From Octopus bimaculoides (Eukaryota): 64,000 bases of DNA. The position numbers and the translations under genes were made by a program. The stretch covers positions 64,806,716 to 64,870,715 of the forward strand of contig NC_068993.1 in assembly GCF_001194135.2 (NCBI RefSeq). Reading direction: 5' to 3'. Shown in pieces: positions 28,901 to 42,388 of this stretch. Within the stretch, counting starts at the first letter, position 1, and every line of letters starts with the position of its first letter. The notes below the pieces were generated by a model. The model saw nothing but the letters and a program-made list of their open reading frames with translations. It did no database searches and was not told where the DNA came from.

Positions 28901-29799
28901 CGTATTTGTTTTACCCATACAAATAAGACACACGACCACAGCACCATGCACACTTGGTCTCCGCACTTACTTTAAGTGGCACAATGCCTATACATTCCCA
29001 GAAATCTTCCTATGCTACCATGAATGAACTACTTCGAATGGACGTTGACAGCTGCACCATATTCAGACGCAATTGAATATGCACTCTTATGTATACGCAA
29101 TCAAGCGTTGTACCACTCTTAGACTCACATGAAACTGCACCCATGTCAATACTGCATGAAGCCGATACTGCACCCACTTGAACATATACTTCCAATCTCG
29201 TAAATATCAGATCTTTTCTGCTGGTACCTAAGAAATTTCTGACCTCAATTGTTCACTTTTCATTCATAAACTTGTACGTTGTCAAATTTTCATGCTGTAA
29301 ATATCTCCTCTACTTCCCTGATTGAATGACTGTTTCATTTCTTGTCTTATCCAGTTAGCTTCCTGTTAGCTTTGTTTCCATTCATCTTATGGTAGCACGG
29401 ATTTGACCTCCTGAAAACAATAGCATCTCGCAGCTTCTATTCCCGATTCTCTCGTACAATACTGTTATTTCTTTGCAATTAAGGTTTCGCTAAATTTCAT
29501 GGGAGTCATTTTTGCTTCAGTGGGAAAACAACTTTTATATCGTTTAGATTTTAACGATTAGCTTCCTAGAGGAAGGTATTATAACAGATCCGCACTGAAT
29601 TCACAACCAGGAAACCCTTAGTCTGCGTTTAAAAACATGGACCTTTATCATAAGTGTTAAGATACACGCTTACATGCATATTTTATTGTGTGTGTGTGTG
29701 TGCGCGCGCGAATTTTCGCAATCAACGGCGAATAATTTTGCTTTCAATTTCTTTTTTACATTTTGAATTTAAACTATAAAATAAACCTATAATTATTTT

Positions 29800-30420
29800 G
29801 GATCTATTTCAAAACAGGGGCACCAGTTTTCATTTATGTTTTATGTAGTGTTTTTGGTACCGAAAGACTTTCAAACTTCGTATACTTATCTATTTTGTGT
29901 TATAGAACAGAAAAAAAACTTTTGTATTCGAATTTATTTCATGTTAAAAATTGTCTTATTTCGATAATTTCTACTAATCACTGACGTCTATTCAGTTGAA
30001 AACAGTTAGCGCTGTAACGGTGTATATCGTATTAATCCCCTAACCCTAACCCTAACTAGACTGTTAACCCTAACCCTAAAACTAACCCAAACTCTAGAAT
30101 CCGAAATCTAAAATTGTTACACACATAGATACGCACAGCGTAATTTATTATATAAACAATATATGCGTATAAATTACGATTAAACCGGATGAAATATGTC
30201 ACAGGGAATAACATTTTTATGACCACCCAGCAGTAACTCTATTCAGTTGAAATTACAGAAATACTACAACTTTAACATGGAATAACTTGCGAATTCCTTT
30301 TTTTTTTTTGTTAAGAAGACTAAGAGTAAAAGATGTTTTATATGACACATTCTACCAGTGTTCCAAGTTTCAAAGTGTTTCGTTAAGAAAATACTGGTGC
30401 CCCCGTTTTGAAATAGATCC
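29800..30420. mobile_element. Non-autonomous DNA transposon (MITE) with GG-terminal TIRs and 8-bp TSD, Merlin-like
   Basis: TIRs ggatctatttcaaaacaggggcaccagt / actggtgcccccgttttgaaatagatcc; flanked on both sides by ATTATTTT (29792-29799, 30421-30428); internal CCCTAA repeats at about 30038-30085. Confidence 0.85.
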
Positions 30421-30607
30421 ATTATTTTCCCTAGTAATGTGTATACTAAGTTATATATACATTATACGTATATGTGTACAATTTAAATTCTTTATTGTTT
30501 GTCTCATACTCTCGCATCTTTCGTTTTACAAATGCGCGTATGTATTACCACATCTGCTTAGGCGTTTACTTCTCATCTTCCGTCTCTTCTCAATATTTCT
30601 TTTCCTT

Positions 30608-31319
30608 CGTCTGTCTTTATGTTCTGAGTTCAAATTCCGCCGAGGTCAACTTTGCCTTTCATCCTTTCGAGGACGATAGATTAAGTACCAGTTGCGTGCT
30701 GGGTTCGATCTAATCGACTGGCTCCCTCCCCCAAAATTTCGGGCCTTGTGCCTCGAGTAGAAAAAAATATTTCTCTCTTACTAAGGTGGCGAGCTGGCAA
30801 AGTGGTTAGCACGCCGGGCGAGATGCTTAGCAGTATTTCATCTGTCTTTATGTTCTGAGTTCAAATTCTGCCGAGGTCGACTTCGCCTTTCTTCCTTTCG
30901 GGGTCGATAAATTAAGTACCACTTACGCACTAGGGTCGATCTAATCGACTTAATATCCTTGTTTGTCCCCTCTATGTTTAGCCCCTTGTGGGCAATAAAG
31001 AAATAAGATACGTTAGCACGCTGGGCGAAATGCTTAGCGATATTTCGTCTGCCGTTACGTTCTGAGTTCAAATTCCCTCGAGGTCGACATTGCCTTTCAT
31101 CGTTTCGAGGACGATAAATTAAGTACCAATTGCGTACTGGGGTCGATGTAATCGACTTAATCCCTTTGTCTGTCCTTGTTTGTCCCCTCTATGTTTAGCC
31201 CCTTGTGGGCAATAAAGAAATGAGAAACGTTAGCACGCCGGGCGAAATGCTTAGCAGTATTTCATCTGTCTTTACGTTCTGAGTTCAAATTCCGCCGAGG
31301 TCGACTTTGCCTTTAATCC

Positions 31320-31321
<2 letters not shown>
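30608..31321 (+). mobile_element. Head-to-tail array of four family A SINEs
   Basis: Copies at about 30608-30770, 30783-31008, 31009-31225 and 31226-31321; the last is truncated into (TG)n. Confidence 0.88.
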
Positions 31322-31379
<58 letters not shown>

Positions 31380-33132
31380 TGTGCGTGCGTGTGTGTAGCC
31401 TCCTAGCAATCACTTCTATTAGCGCTCTCTGTCTTTTTCTCCCTCTCCCTCACTCTCTCTCTCTCTCTCTCACTCTCTCCCCTCTCTTCACTCTATACAA
31501 TGTAAACCATGACTAAAAAAATCAATCAACCAGCCTAGTTACGTTTATATATATCTATACACTCATACAAACACACATCCACGCACGCACGAACGCACGC
31601 ACGCACACACATACACACACACACATATATAGTTGAGAGAGACGGAGAGAAAGAAAGAAAGAGAAAGAAAGAGAGTGTAGTAAATAAACGCAATTACGTT
31701 TGAGCATACATTTCCATTATGCACACATGCGTATGTTAACTAGTTGTCTCACTTCAAATCTGACAAGCGTGTTCATAGATAGGAAGAAATAATTAAAAGT
31801 CTAAGCAGGTTATTGGTTAGCTGTAAGAACCTAGCCAACAGGATCGATTAGAAGGAAATAGTAAGCTTGTTGTTGTTATTAAATAACATCCTCCATTGAA
31901 AGAAGTCTTTTATGGTTGTTTTCATTCTTGCCTACATAATGTCAGTGTAATTCTTTTGACTTTTCTATTCAATTAATTCAACATTTTGCCTTTACCATAT
32001 AACCTTCTGCTTGAAGTGTATTTTACCAATTTACTTGGTTATGTTCTACAAATTTGGTAAAATCCAGAATCTATTGCCGGTTAAGAGTAAAAGCAAATAG
32101 GAATTGACAGAAGAAACATTTTTTTTTTTTGTCCTTTTATGATTTAGCTTCATGCCGTAATGTGTCAATGGTTCCCTAGAATGAAATCCATTCTTAGAAA
32201 CAACAAGAAATTAAAACTAAAAAGTAACCTATCCTAAAAAGGAAATTTTCTCATTAAAACAATTGTCTACTTCTTTTGGTGGATTTCGTACAATTTGTTT
32301 TTGTTTTTTATCTTTTTTGTTGTTTTCACATTTATCCGGCAGATGAGTTGAAACTAGATTTTTTCTTCCCCCCACCATTCTCTCCTTCTTAACATTGCCT
32401 TAATATAGCAAATACCTTATTAAATAGCAAATGTCAGCGAAGATCTTTATTTTACCAAATATTAGCAAATATCTCTCCGCTGTTTTGAATCCTTACAATG
32501 TAACACTTCATGTCTTGCTTCATTGAGATTCGTGCATTTAATCAATCAACTTGCTATTTACAAACAAGTTTTTAAGTGGTTGCCTACACACAGTTATTAG
32601 TTTTGTGTCTTTTTTCCAATCAAACCTCAACTCGTTTCATTTCTTTTTTGCGCCAAATATAAAGTTTGTTATGTTTGTTGCTCTGCTAACATTTAAAAAA
32701 ATGTTCTATCTCTGTGTAGCTCTCCAATTTCTTTGACAGATACTTCAAAACGGAATAACAAAACTATACATAACAATCAAGTTCATTCGCATACATACAC
32801 CCATGTCTGCTCATAGAACTACGTACATACACACTTCTACGCAACGATACAAAAATACTGAAAACAAGGAAATTTAATCACGACTAACATTTGTTTCCAT
32901 TGGCGTAAGCCAAGCGGCGTTATGACTCATCACAATGACGGAAGCTCAACATGGTCTATTTACAGGTTAAAAATAGTAACCAAATCGCTCTCAGATCACA
33001 TCCTGTCAATGTGATGAGTAATATTTTGGGGGTTCCTTGTGCTTGGGAAATGTTTTGAGGGCCATTCCTTCGATCATAGCATTCCTTGATGTGAAATGAA
33101 CTAAGACGGAATAATAAAAACAACAGTAATTC

Positions 33133-33170
<38 letters not shown>

Positions 33171-33864
33171 GTTGCTGCTGCTACTATTACTACTACTACC
33201 ACTATTGCTATTATTATAAAATACTAAAATCAATGTTGCTCAGTTGTGATCTAATCGAACACTCAACGTATATCTACATGAAAAAGAGAGACAGAGTTGT
33301 CGTCCCTACCTGCTTTGATCAAATTGAAAGGTTGAACAAGTTTTTTTTCCACTTTTCTATGCACTCTGCATTGACTGCTCTACGCAAAGATGATTGCCTT
33401 ATTCTGTTCTCAATGTAGACCGTGTTGATATTTGTCATCAATAAATCCCAAACAACTGAGACTGTTTACACCAATGTCAGACATCCATTTAAAGGTTTGT
33501 TACTGTTGTTTACTAAAAGGTATTTATCCCATCATCTTGTTCTATTGACAGTGTATAGGACCATGATTGTTCCTTATTTAAGGAAACAATAGCATTTCAT
33601 TGGAAGAAACGCTATTGCTAAAAGGTCAAGCATAGAAGTGTTCCTGTTTTCCTCATTCAAAAATGTTTAGAATAATTAGAATGGTCTCCTCGTCGAAAAC
33701 AACGTAGGAGCACTTCACTTGATTGAATAACTACACAGCCCACTCCTAGAAATGATGTGTTAGGTTCCGTGCACGTAATCGTCCAGTAGAATCAACAATG
33801 ACATAGTACAACAAAGCTAGACCTTTGGACTATCAGGTACAGTGTAAGCAACAGGTTTCTACAC

Positions 33865-33965
33865 AGTTTCCACTAGTCCACTTTCAATCATAAGGCTCGG
33901 GTTGATCTGAGGCTAGGGTAAAAAAATATATTCTCTTGCTTAAGGTACCCTACAATGGGGTTCAT
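33865..33965 (-). mobile_element. Degenerate SINE family B fragment
   Basis: Reverse complement resembles the CORE-like part (gtaccttaagcaag..tagcctcagatcaacc.gagccttatga..gtggaaac). Confidence 0.5.
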
Positions 33966-34739
33966 TGTAAATTGAATGTCAACCCCACGTCCTCTCGTCC
34001 ACATCCTTAAAAAATATCCCTGACTGAAAATTGTAGCCCACATATTCTATTCGTTCAAAGTCAAGTAATGCCCCCCACTCCAGTTGAAAAGGAGAATATG
34101 ATGAGTGGCTTTCTCCGTTACAATTTTGCTTGCCGCCTGCCCTATGAGTCATATACCAGAACCAGCCAAGATCCTTGATGACAATCTATTGTTACACATA
34201 AAATGAAATAAATTCGTGTATTATGAAAGAGTGGTGGAAGTCTGACACTTGAGGCAGGGATCTTTTTCGAAGAATAAAAAATGCGTTTATTGTGTTTATT
34301 AATAGACTTTCGATATTATATTTAGAAATTCATATTTTATATTTCACGCGTATTGGAATGTATTACTATGTCTTTTGTAAAGTTTCTGGGAAAGTGATTT
34401 CATAATTTTGTTTCTACTTTGTGAGTTACAAACTCCAACCAGCTGGATAATTTAAGTAGCCATTTAAATAAATATTTTGCCAACAAAGAAGAAAACAAGT
34501 CATGAGTTAAAAATTTGTAATGGAATGAAGATAACTAAATAGAAAGTAATTAGTATAAAATATAATGAGAAAATAACAATAGAGAAATAGTAAAAGGGAG
34601 GAAAGCTAAAGGAGATTAAAGGAGGAGTGCGTTTGTGTGATATTTCCGAACGAGAATAGCTGAGTCGATAGAATACAAGATAAGCGTTTGGGAATTGGAA
34701 TCATTTTAACAAAATAAAAATGTTGTTGTTGTCGTCGTT

Positions 34740-34900
34740 GTTGTTGTTTAGCCCAAGTTCAACGCTAATCGAACAGACTTGCGATAAAAGCATTCCGTCC
34801 TGATCTTTTATTTTATTTGTTTTGTCGTTAGGAAGTTAGGGCCACGTTATCTAACATGTTCTTTATTAAGATGGTAGGGTGGAATTTAATTTGAGATTTT
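34740..34900 (+). repeat. Interspersed repeat family C (related pieces near 3760-3950, 6990-7130, 17740-17840, 35160-35230, 43700-43790)
   Basis: Shared motifs tttagccc..g.tca...aatcgaacagact..tgat.aaag.attcc and atttggctgct. Compared by eye only. Confidence 0.45.
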
Positions 34901-35406
34901 ATTCTTAACTCTATTACGTCATACAACCACATAGGGCGCCACCCTCTTTACCCCAGACATAGCAATGTGTCTATAACCACTCAACGTATCTCCCAACATC
35001 TTACGGCATATAGAGGGTGCACCATGAAATGAAGCGCCATGGTGTGCCGCGAGAGCATGAAAATTTGATTGAGAATGTTCATTAACTTGATGTGTGGTTT
35101 CCGATTTAAACAAATAACGTTGTTGAGTAAAATGGCCCTGGGCTTTCTGCATATAGAAAAGTACGGGGGTTCTGCTTTTGATCATAGGCCTGCTCAGTCA
35201 AGGTGGAGCAGAAGTTAAAAACAATAACAGCTGTTTCTGAGGTTCAAATCTGTTACATTGTATACCAACGGAAACCCATCCAGCCTGCCTCCTTCGTTCT
35301 TTAATAACTCCTCCGACTGTGTTTCACTCACCAAACCTGAGCGTTAAATATACTTTTTCATAACAGTTGTTCTGTTACTGGTATCTCCAGTAATACTCAT
35401 AACACA

Positions 35407-35458
<52 letters not shown>

Positions 35459-35496
35459 NNNNNNNNNNNNNNNNNNNNNNNNNNNNNNNNNNNNNN

Positions 35497-35534
<38 letters not shown>

Positions 35535-36030
35535 GGAATCCGCCATTCCACCTATAGTCACTCACAAAATGCGCCATTAATACCGAGGATTTATTTAACG
35601 AGATATCCTTGTAAAATCACCTGACGAGGCACATCTGCACCGAGGGATGCACCACAGCCAGTTGTACAGTATCTCACCGCGTGGGGTCGATACTGGATGG
35701 GTCGATAGTGGATGGGTCGAAACGATCAGTTTTGGCATGTATTCGCGTGATGCATTTACATAAGTATGCGTAAGATATCAACATCCTATTCTTCGGTGTG
35801 TTCTCGTTTTCTTTTTCTGAAACGCATTAAGTTTCAACTTAATATTGTGATCTCTTTCGTTTTCTTTGGTTTCCATCTTTTACTCTATATCTCTCTTTTT
35901 GTATCCGCTTCATGTCCTGTTTTTCTAAAATTCCATCAGCGAAATTGTTTCACGGAGAAACTAATTCAGAACTCGACCTAACAACATGTTTGCGTATATA
36001 TTTTCTAGTTTGCTGGTATAGAAGCATTTG

Positions 36031-36087
<57 letters not shown>

Positions 36088-36155
36088 CAAGAATAAGGGC
36101 AGGGAATCGTCAATTAATAATAGAATTAATAATTAACAATTTTGCCAAGTAGTTC

Positions 36156-37106
36156 NNNNNNNNNNNNNNNNNNNNNNNNNNNNNNNNNNNNNNNNNNNNN
36201 NNNNNNNNNNNNNNNNNNNNNNNNNNNNNNNNNNNNNNNNNNNNNNNNNNNNNNNNNNNNNNNNNNNNNNNNNNNNNNNNNNNNNNNNNNNNNNNNNNNN
36301 NNNNNNNNNNNNNNNNNNNNNNNNNNNNNNNNNNNNNNNNNNNNNNNNNNNNNNNNNNNNNNNNNNNNNNNNNNNNNNNNNNNNNNNNNNNNNNNNNNNN
36401 NNNNNNNNNNNNNNNNNNNNNNNNNNNNNNNNNNNNNNNNNNNNNNNNNNNNNNNNNNNNNNNNNNNNNNNNNNNNNNNNNNNNNNNNNNNNNNNNNNNN
36501 NNNNNNNNNNNNNNNNNNNNNNNNNNNNNNNNNNNNNNNNNNNNNNNNNNNNNNNNNNNNNNNNNNNNNNNNNNNNNNNNNNNNNNNNNNNNNNNNNNNN
36601 NNNNNNNNNNNNNNNNNNNNNNNNNNNNNNNNNNNNNNNNNNNNNNNNNNNNNNNNNNNNNNNNNNNNNNNNNNNNNNNNNNNNNNNNNNNNNNNNNNNN
36701 NNNNNNNNNNNNNNNNNNNNNNNNNNNNNNNNNNNNNNNNNNNNNNNNNNNNNNNNNNNNNNNNNNNNNNNNNNNNNNNNNNNNNNNNNNNNNNNNNNNN
36801 NNNNNNNNNNNNNNNNNNNNNNNNNNNNNNNNNNNNNNNNNNNNNNNNNNNNNNNNNNNNNNNNNNNNNNNNNNNNNNNNNNNNNNNNNNNNNNNNNNNN
36901 NNNNNNNNNNNNNNNNNNNNNNNNNNNNNNNNNNNNNNNNNNNNNNNNNNNNNNNNNNNNNNNNNNNNNNNNNNNNNNNNNNNNNNNNNNNNNNNNNNNN
37001 NNNNNNNNNNNNNNNNNNNNNNNNNNNNNNNNNNNNNNNNNNNNNNNNNNNNNNNNNNNNNNNNNNNNNNNNNNNNNNNNNNNNNNNNNNNNNNNNNNNN
37101 NNNNNN

Positions 37107-37107
<1 letters not shown>
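36156..37107. other. Assembly gap (largest; others at 10352-10673, 20479-20637, 50497-50694, 51247-52014 and several small ones)
   Basis: N runs, mostly bordered by (TA)n, (TG)n or (GA)n, where assemblies tend to break. Confidence 0.99.
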
Positions 37108-37137
<30 letters not shown>

Positions 37138-37349
37138 GTATGTATGTATATGTGTGTGTGTATAAACACACAGACACGGGCACATTCACAAACATATACG
37201 CACACACACACACAAGCATACATACATGCTCACACATATGTGTGTGTGAGGGTGAGAGAGAATAAAACAGAGAGAGTAAGTCGATATGCAACTATGAAAA
37301 ATTTCGGTGATTTTTGTTTTGTTTTGTTTTTTGTTTTTTTTTCAGATGG

Positions 37350-37465
37350 GATAGGAGTGGCTGTGTGGGTAAGAATCTTATTTCCCAATCAGTTTTTGAT
37401 TCCCACTGCACGGCACCTTGGGCAATTGTTTTCTACTATAGGCCCCTGGCCGACAACGAACAAGC
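37350..37465 (+). mobile_element. SINE family B 5' fragment
   Basis: ggagtggctgtgtgggtaag...gattcccactgcacggcaccttgggcaa..gttttctactataggccc. Confidence 0.75.
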
Positions 37466-37843
37466 TAGAGAGATGAATTACTTTGGTCTGATAAAAAGTG
37501 AAGATCAGTCTTCCAATGCCGTACATTAGACAGATTTAAGAGGAAAGCTTTTAGTCTGCTGAAGAAGCGGAGCAAATGGCGATTGGAAAGATATGTATAA
37601 TGACAACCTACATAAAAATCGTCTTAGTCAAGGAGTTGTTACTTGATATGCAAGAAGTAGCATTCATATCTCTCGCATTTCACTGCCTAATGTTTTAAAC
37701 AGGGAAAGAGACATTAATGTCTCACGTACCCTAAAGGGAATGGAATGCCTTTGGTCTGATCAGTCGAAGCTGACCAAGGGCTCTACAACAACAAAGTATG
37801 TCTCATAGATATTTACTTATTTTTAACCTTTGTTTTTTTGCAG

Positions 37844-37934
37844 CGGAAGAATGTATTGGCAGTAGCCAGTTAACTGCCCAAAGACATACAAAGAACTACC
37901 TTCATACGCCATCATTCCCGACACCTTTCAAAAA
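37844..37934 (+). CDS. CUB gene exon A2
   Basis: tttttttgcag|CG acceptor; AAAA|gtaagt donor; 91 nt, same length as A1. Translates (A)EECIGSSQLTAQRHTKNYLHTPSFPTPFK. Confidence 0.88.
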
Positions 37935-38049
37935 GTAAGTTTTCCTTAACCTTATTAATGCATGCTGCCAATCATTATCTGGTTTATTCAAAAGAATCTT
38001 AGAGCATCGGGAAAAATGTTTTTCAGTCTTTGTTCTCAGTCTTTCCGTT

Positions 38050-38130
38050 CAGTTCCAATCCTGCCGAAGCCATTTTAGCCTTTCATCCTTTTAAGGTCGA
38101 TAAATAAAGTACCAGTCAAGTACCAGGGTG
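38050..38130 (+). mobile_element. SINE family A fragment
   Basis: gcctttcatccttttaaggtcgataaataaagtaccagtcaagtac. Confidence 0.6.
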
Positions 38131-38240
38131 AAGTTCCAAATGTGAATTTGTCTGTGTTAACTACATCCCAAAGATAGAGCCTTGTATCTTTGTTGGAAAC
38201 TGGCTCCCTCCTCAGTGGAAGATTTATAATAATTAAAAAA
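38131..38240 (-). repeat. About 150-bp microsatellite-linked repeat, copy 1 (inverted)
   Basis: Reverse complement of the copies at 39743 and 44160; abuts (CATA)n. Confidence 0.85.
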
Positions 38241-38600
38241 TAGAGACATACATACATACAACATCAGATATACTTACTGTTTGATTTGGCCTGTATCGGT
38301 AGTTTAGTTATCTTCAGCGGTTGTTTGTTTGTTTTTGTTTTTGTTTTTTTACGATAACTTCCTTTTACGCCTGGAAACCACCAATTTTACGTTATAGTCG
38401 AAAGTAATGAGTAAAATAAGTGTTATATTATCAATATTTTTGCGCACTTAACATCATTTCTTACAGGTTCCTGGTAAATTTCATCTGTTTTAACGATATT
38501 ATCTGATCAATTTTTAAATTTTGAGAGTATGTCTTTGTATGTGTGTTTTATATAGCACTGGTCTGTTACAAAGTCAGGAAACCTGAGAGTACTTGTCACA

Positions 38601-39052
38601 GACCAGTATTTTTTTTTTCCGGTGCCATAAAGCAAATACGAGCATTTGTCACATTATTAGAAAGCAAGTTCTAATTCGTCACGATATTAGCACGTTATTT
38701 GTGTAATTTCGTCGGCTATGATCCTTCAGTGCGCAGAGTTTACACTTGATAAGTAGCACCAGTAGTGCACGATGTCTTTTGACGCAGAAATTGCACAATA
38801 ATTGTACATTCGAAATCTTCCACATGACTTCAGAGATCCGGCGTTAAAGATTTTCAACTAACGAATTCTCCGAATCATCGACTGCCTAGTTTAGGTTCAA
38901 TAAGATAAACGTTGCTCATCTACTGACTGTGTGTCATGGATCGTTTAGCTAGATTAGTAAATTAACCATCTATGTAAGTGTCTTCAAACAAAACCGTCGA
39001 AGCAGTTTCGTTATCGCTGAAAGATATTAAGATACCGGCTGAAATACTGGTC
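38601..39052. mobile_element. Possible MITE with short TIRs
   Basis: gaccagtattt..ccggt and accgg..aaatactggtc are inverted ends about 450 bp apart; no clear TSD. Confidence 0.3.
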
Positions 39053-39233
39053 CCATACAAGTGAGCGTCAAAGGTTATACGATTGATGTCAAGCATATCG
39101 TGTGAAACAAATGTAGTTTCAATCAGCTTCATTTTATTACAGCTGAGAAATTCTATTCTGGATTAACCTTTTACTTCATTGAAATAGTTTATACGTCTTT
39201 ATTTCTCATTTGCTGAATGATAAATAGAGTACA

Positions 39234-39380
39234 ATGGAGGTGCATGGCTTAGTGGTTAGAGTGTTGGACTCATGTGCGTAAGATTGTGTTTTCGATTTCT
39301 GGATCGGGCGATGGATTGTGATCTTGAGCATAACACTTCATTTCTTGTTGCTCCAATCCACTCACCTAGCAAAAGTAAAT
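39234..39380 (+). mobile_element. tRNA-derived SINE head (not a tRNA gene)
   Basis: A box tggcttagtgg, degenerate B box gttttcgatttc, then a CORE-like gtgatcttgagca..acact; no cloverleaf 3' stem. Confidence 0.6.
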
Positions 39381-39742
39381 ATCCTTGTAATGAACCGGTG
39401 TCTCCTCCAGGAAAGCGAGCAGGATATACGCCGGGAAGTCTGGGAAATCGACCTTACGATTCTACAGGATAAAGGATCTTTATTCTTTTTATTCTTATGT
39501 AGAATACTGATTTCTCGCATTCATAGCATAAACCGACGCATGAAAGTGAATAAAGTGTGTGTCTGTGTGTACGTGTGTGTGTGTGCCATTGTTTAGTTTT
39601 ATTTCAAGATTTTTTGCCAATAGAGAAAGAGTCATTTTCTAAACTAGATCCACGGCTCCTTCATTGGAATTTCAACATCAACAGCTAGATATTTTTGTTT
39701 GTATGGTTTGTATGTATGTATGTATGTATGTATGTATCTTTT

Positions 39743-39895
39743 TTTATTAATTATTATAAATCTTCCACTGAGGAAGGAGCCAGTTTCCAACAAAGATACA
39801 AGGCACTATCTTTGATACGTAGTTAACACAGACAAATTCACATTTGGAACTTGAGAAAAGACTTGCATATTTTAACTGTTCCACTCACAGATTTG
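39743..39895 (+). repeat. About 150-bp microsatellite-linked repeat, copy 2
   Basis: ttattataaatcttccactgaggaaggagccagtttccaacaaagatacaagg..gttaacacagacaaattcacatttggaacttgagaaaag, following (TATG)n. Confidence 0.85.
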
Positions 39896-40120
39896 CCGGT
39901 CGATTTCTTTTTCTGAAAATCCCAGCTTATCCAGATTCTCCTTTAAGCATTTACTAACAAGACAGTGCCCCAATTATTATTGTAAAACTATTATTATTAT
40001 TATTTGTTAAAATTTCTACATTTTTAGGCATTTTCCTATTTTCACTTTTCTTTTCCTTCTGCAGTACTACAATACTTCAAGTGAATTACAACATTCCTAG
40101 AAGAAAAGATATTTATCTAG

Positions 40121-40340
40121 AATAATCTTTCTACTCTAGGCACAGGGCCCGAAATTTGATGGGGAGGTGGTCAGTCGATTAGATCGAACCCAGTGTTCAA
40201 CCAGTACTTAATTTATCGACCCCGAAAGGATGACGGGCAAAATCGACCTCAGCGGAATTTGAACTCAGAACGTAAAGACAGACGAAACACCGCTAAGCAC
40301 TTCGCCCGGCGTGCTAACCACTCTGCCAGCTCGGCGTCTT
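40121..40340 (-). mobile_element. SINE family A copy (full length)
   Basis: Reverse complement of the family A consensus including the head ggcagagtggttagcacgccgggcgaa. Confidence 0.88.
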
Positions 40341-40546
40341 ATTTATCTTGAATAATGTGTTGACTGTGTGTGTTTGTGTATGTACGTGAAATATTTGTGT
40401 GGATGTATGTGTTTGTACCTGTGATTCACATGTATGTGTGTGTGAGATTAGGTTCAAGTTCTCATAATATATGCTTGTGCATTTGCATCTATATGTAAAT
40501 GGATTCAGAATAATGTGTATGAATATGATTATATTCAGGTCATATG

Positions 40547-40965
40547 TACGAGGTTTGATCATTACGTATACGGACTGGTACTATAAAAGCAAAACTACAA
40601 CACGTACCAATTTGGCATTTAATCTCCTTCAAAGTAGTCCCCTTTGGAAGCCACATGCTTAATTTAGCGCTGCTTCCATTTATGGAAGCATTCCTGGAAC
40701 TCGTTTTCTTGGATAACCAGCAGCTGCCTCGTCGCATTTACTTTGATTTCCTCGACGTCCTAACAATTTCCTTTCAAGCCGGATTTGATTTTTGAGAAGA
40801 GGAAAAAGTCGCAAGGGGTAAGATCTGGGGAATGCTGTACCTAACCAAAACCCGCTGCACAAGCTGCGCTAAATGGGCAGGTGTGTTGTCATGGTGCAAT
40901 TGCCACTCACGGGGCACATGCAGTTGCGGCCTTTTCCAATGAATAGCATAAAACGTCACGGTAGT
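40547..40965 (-). mobile_element. mariner transposon 3' remnant
   Basis: WQLHHDNTPAH...PDLTPCDFFLFSKIKSGLKG...FQECFHKWKQR...GDYFEGD*; terminates at TA-cgaggtttgatc. Confidence 0.88.
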
Positions 40966-40984
40966 ACTCCTTGGACACTGTCTA

Positions 40985-42388
40985 AGAATAGATGAACGGT
41001 TGGTGAGAGCTGTACAAGACATGTACAGGGAAGCTATCGGTAAGGTGAAAGTTGGCAATGAGTAGAGCAAGGAATTTAGTTTACGGGTAAGAGTTCACCA
41101 GGGATTGGTTTCCAGCTCCCTCTTGTTTACCATAGTCCTCCAGGCCATAACAGAGGAATTTAAAACAGGATCCCTTGGGAGCTCATCTATGTTGATAACC
41201 TTGCTCAACTTACTGAATCATTGCCAGGAGTAGAGAAGAAATTTCAGGTGTAGAACCAAGGTCTGGAATCAAAAGGCTTTAGAGTTAATTTAGGAATAAC
41301 CAAAATCCTAGTAAGTAGGAAAACAGACAAATCACTGATCCCTTCAGTTCGATGGTCCTGTTCGATATGTAGAAATGGTGTTGGTAGAAACACCATATGG
41401 TGTATCCAGTGCAAGTGATGGATACATAAGTGGTGTTTGACAGTATCACTGGAAGGTTAATGGAGAAAGTAGTCTTTCTCTGTGAAAGATGTGCTACATA
41501 TAAAACAATAGCAACGTACAGAAAATAGACTCCCTCCGCAAATATCCGGGGTGGTTCTTAGAAATCATAGATAGTTTCCATTACTTCGGTAACCAACTTA
41601 GCGGTGTAAGAGATACTTCTGAAAGCATAGCTGCTAGAATAAGAACAGGCTGGGCAAAGTCCAAAGTGATGCAACCTTTGTTGATAACAAAGGGCCTCTC
41701 CCTCAGAGTGAAAAGTAGATTGTATAATACCTGTGTACGAACAGCTATGCTACATGGCAGTGAGATATGTGCTGTGACTACTGAGGACATGCAAAGGCTT
41801 GATGGGTAATATGCATGTACAACAGAATGTGATTTGAAAGAAAAATTGGGCATACGAGACATCAGATGCAGTGTGCAAGAGAGAAGATTGCACTGGTATG
41901 GTCATGTGATGTATGAGGACGAGGACAGCTGCATCAAGAAGTGCTGATCTCTAATTGTGGAGGAAATGTATGGAAGGTTTAGAGCCAGAAAGACGTGGGA
42001 CGGAGCAGTGAGAAAGGATCTTCAGACATTGGGCTTCACAGAAGAAATGTCTAGGGACCAAGACTTCTGGTGGCTTGTGCTTCAGAACACTCGTCAAGCT
42101 AAGTAAATTCGTGACTATCCATGCATGCAAGCATGTCCTCTACATCCCTCTCTCAGCCAAGGGATCCTACTCTTGCTGGTTCGTGAGTACTAATGCCACA
42201 TAAAAGCATTCATGTTGGCACCATGTGAAAGCGTCCATGCTGATGCTAGATTAAAAGAACTCTGTAAAGTGGTTTTGGCATATTACAAAGGATAACCAGA
42301 CAAATGGATCCCAGGCAGCAGCATTCTAGCTGGCCAACTCCTGTCAAACATCCAACCCATAACAGCATGGAGAACAGACGTTAAAAGT

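Noticed and set aside
30038-30085. CCCTAA repeats as a true telomere or fusion scar
   Set aside because: Only a few degenerate units, inside a TIR- and TSD-bounded MITE.
39234-39310. tRNA gene
   Set aside because: It has A and B boxes but no acceptor-stem pairing, and continues into SINE body sequence.
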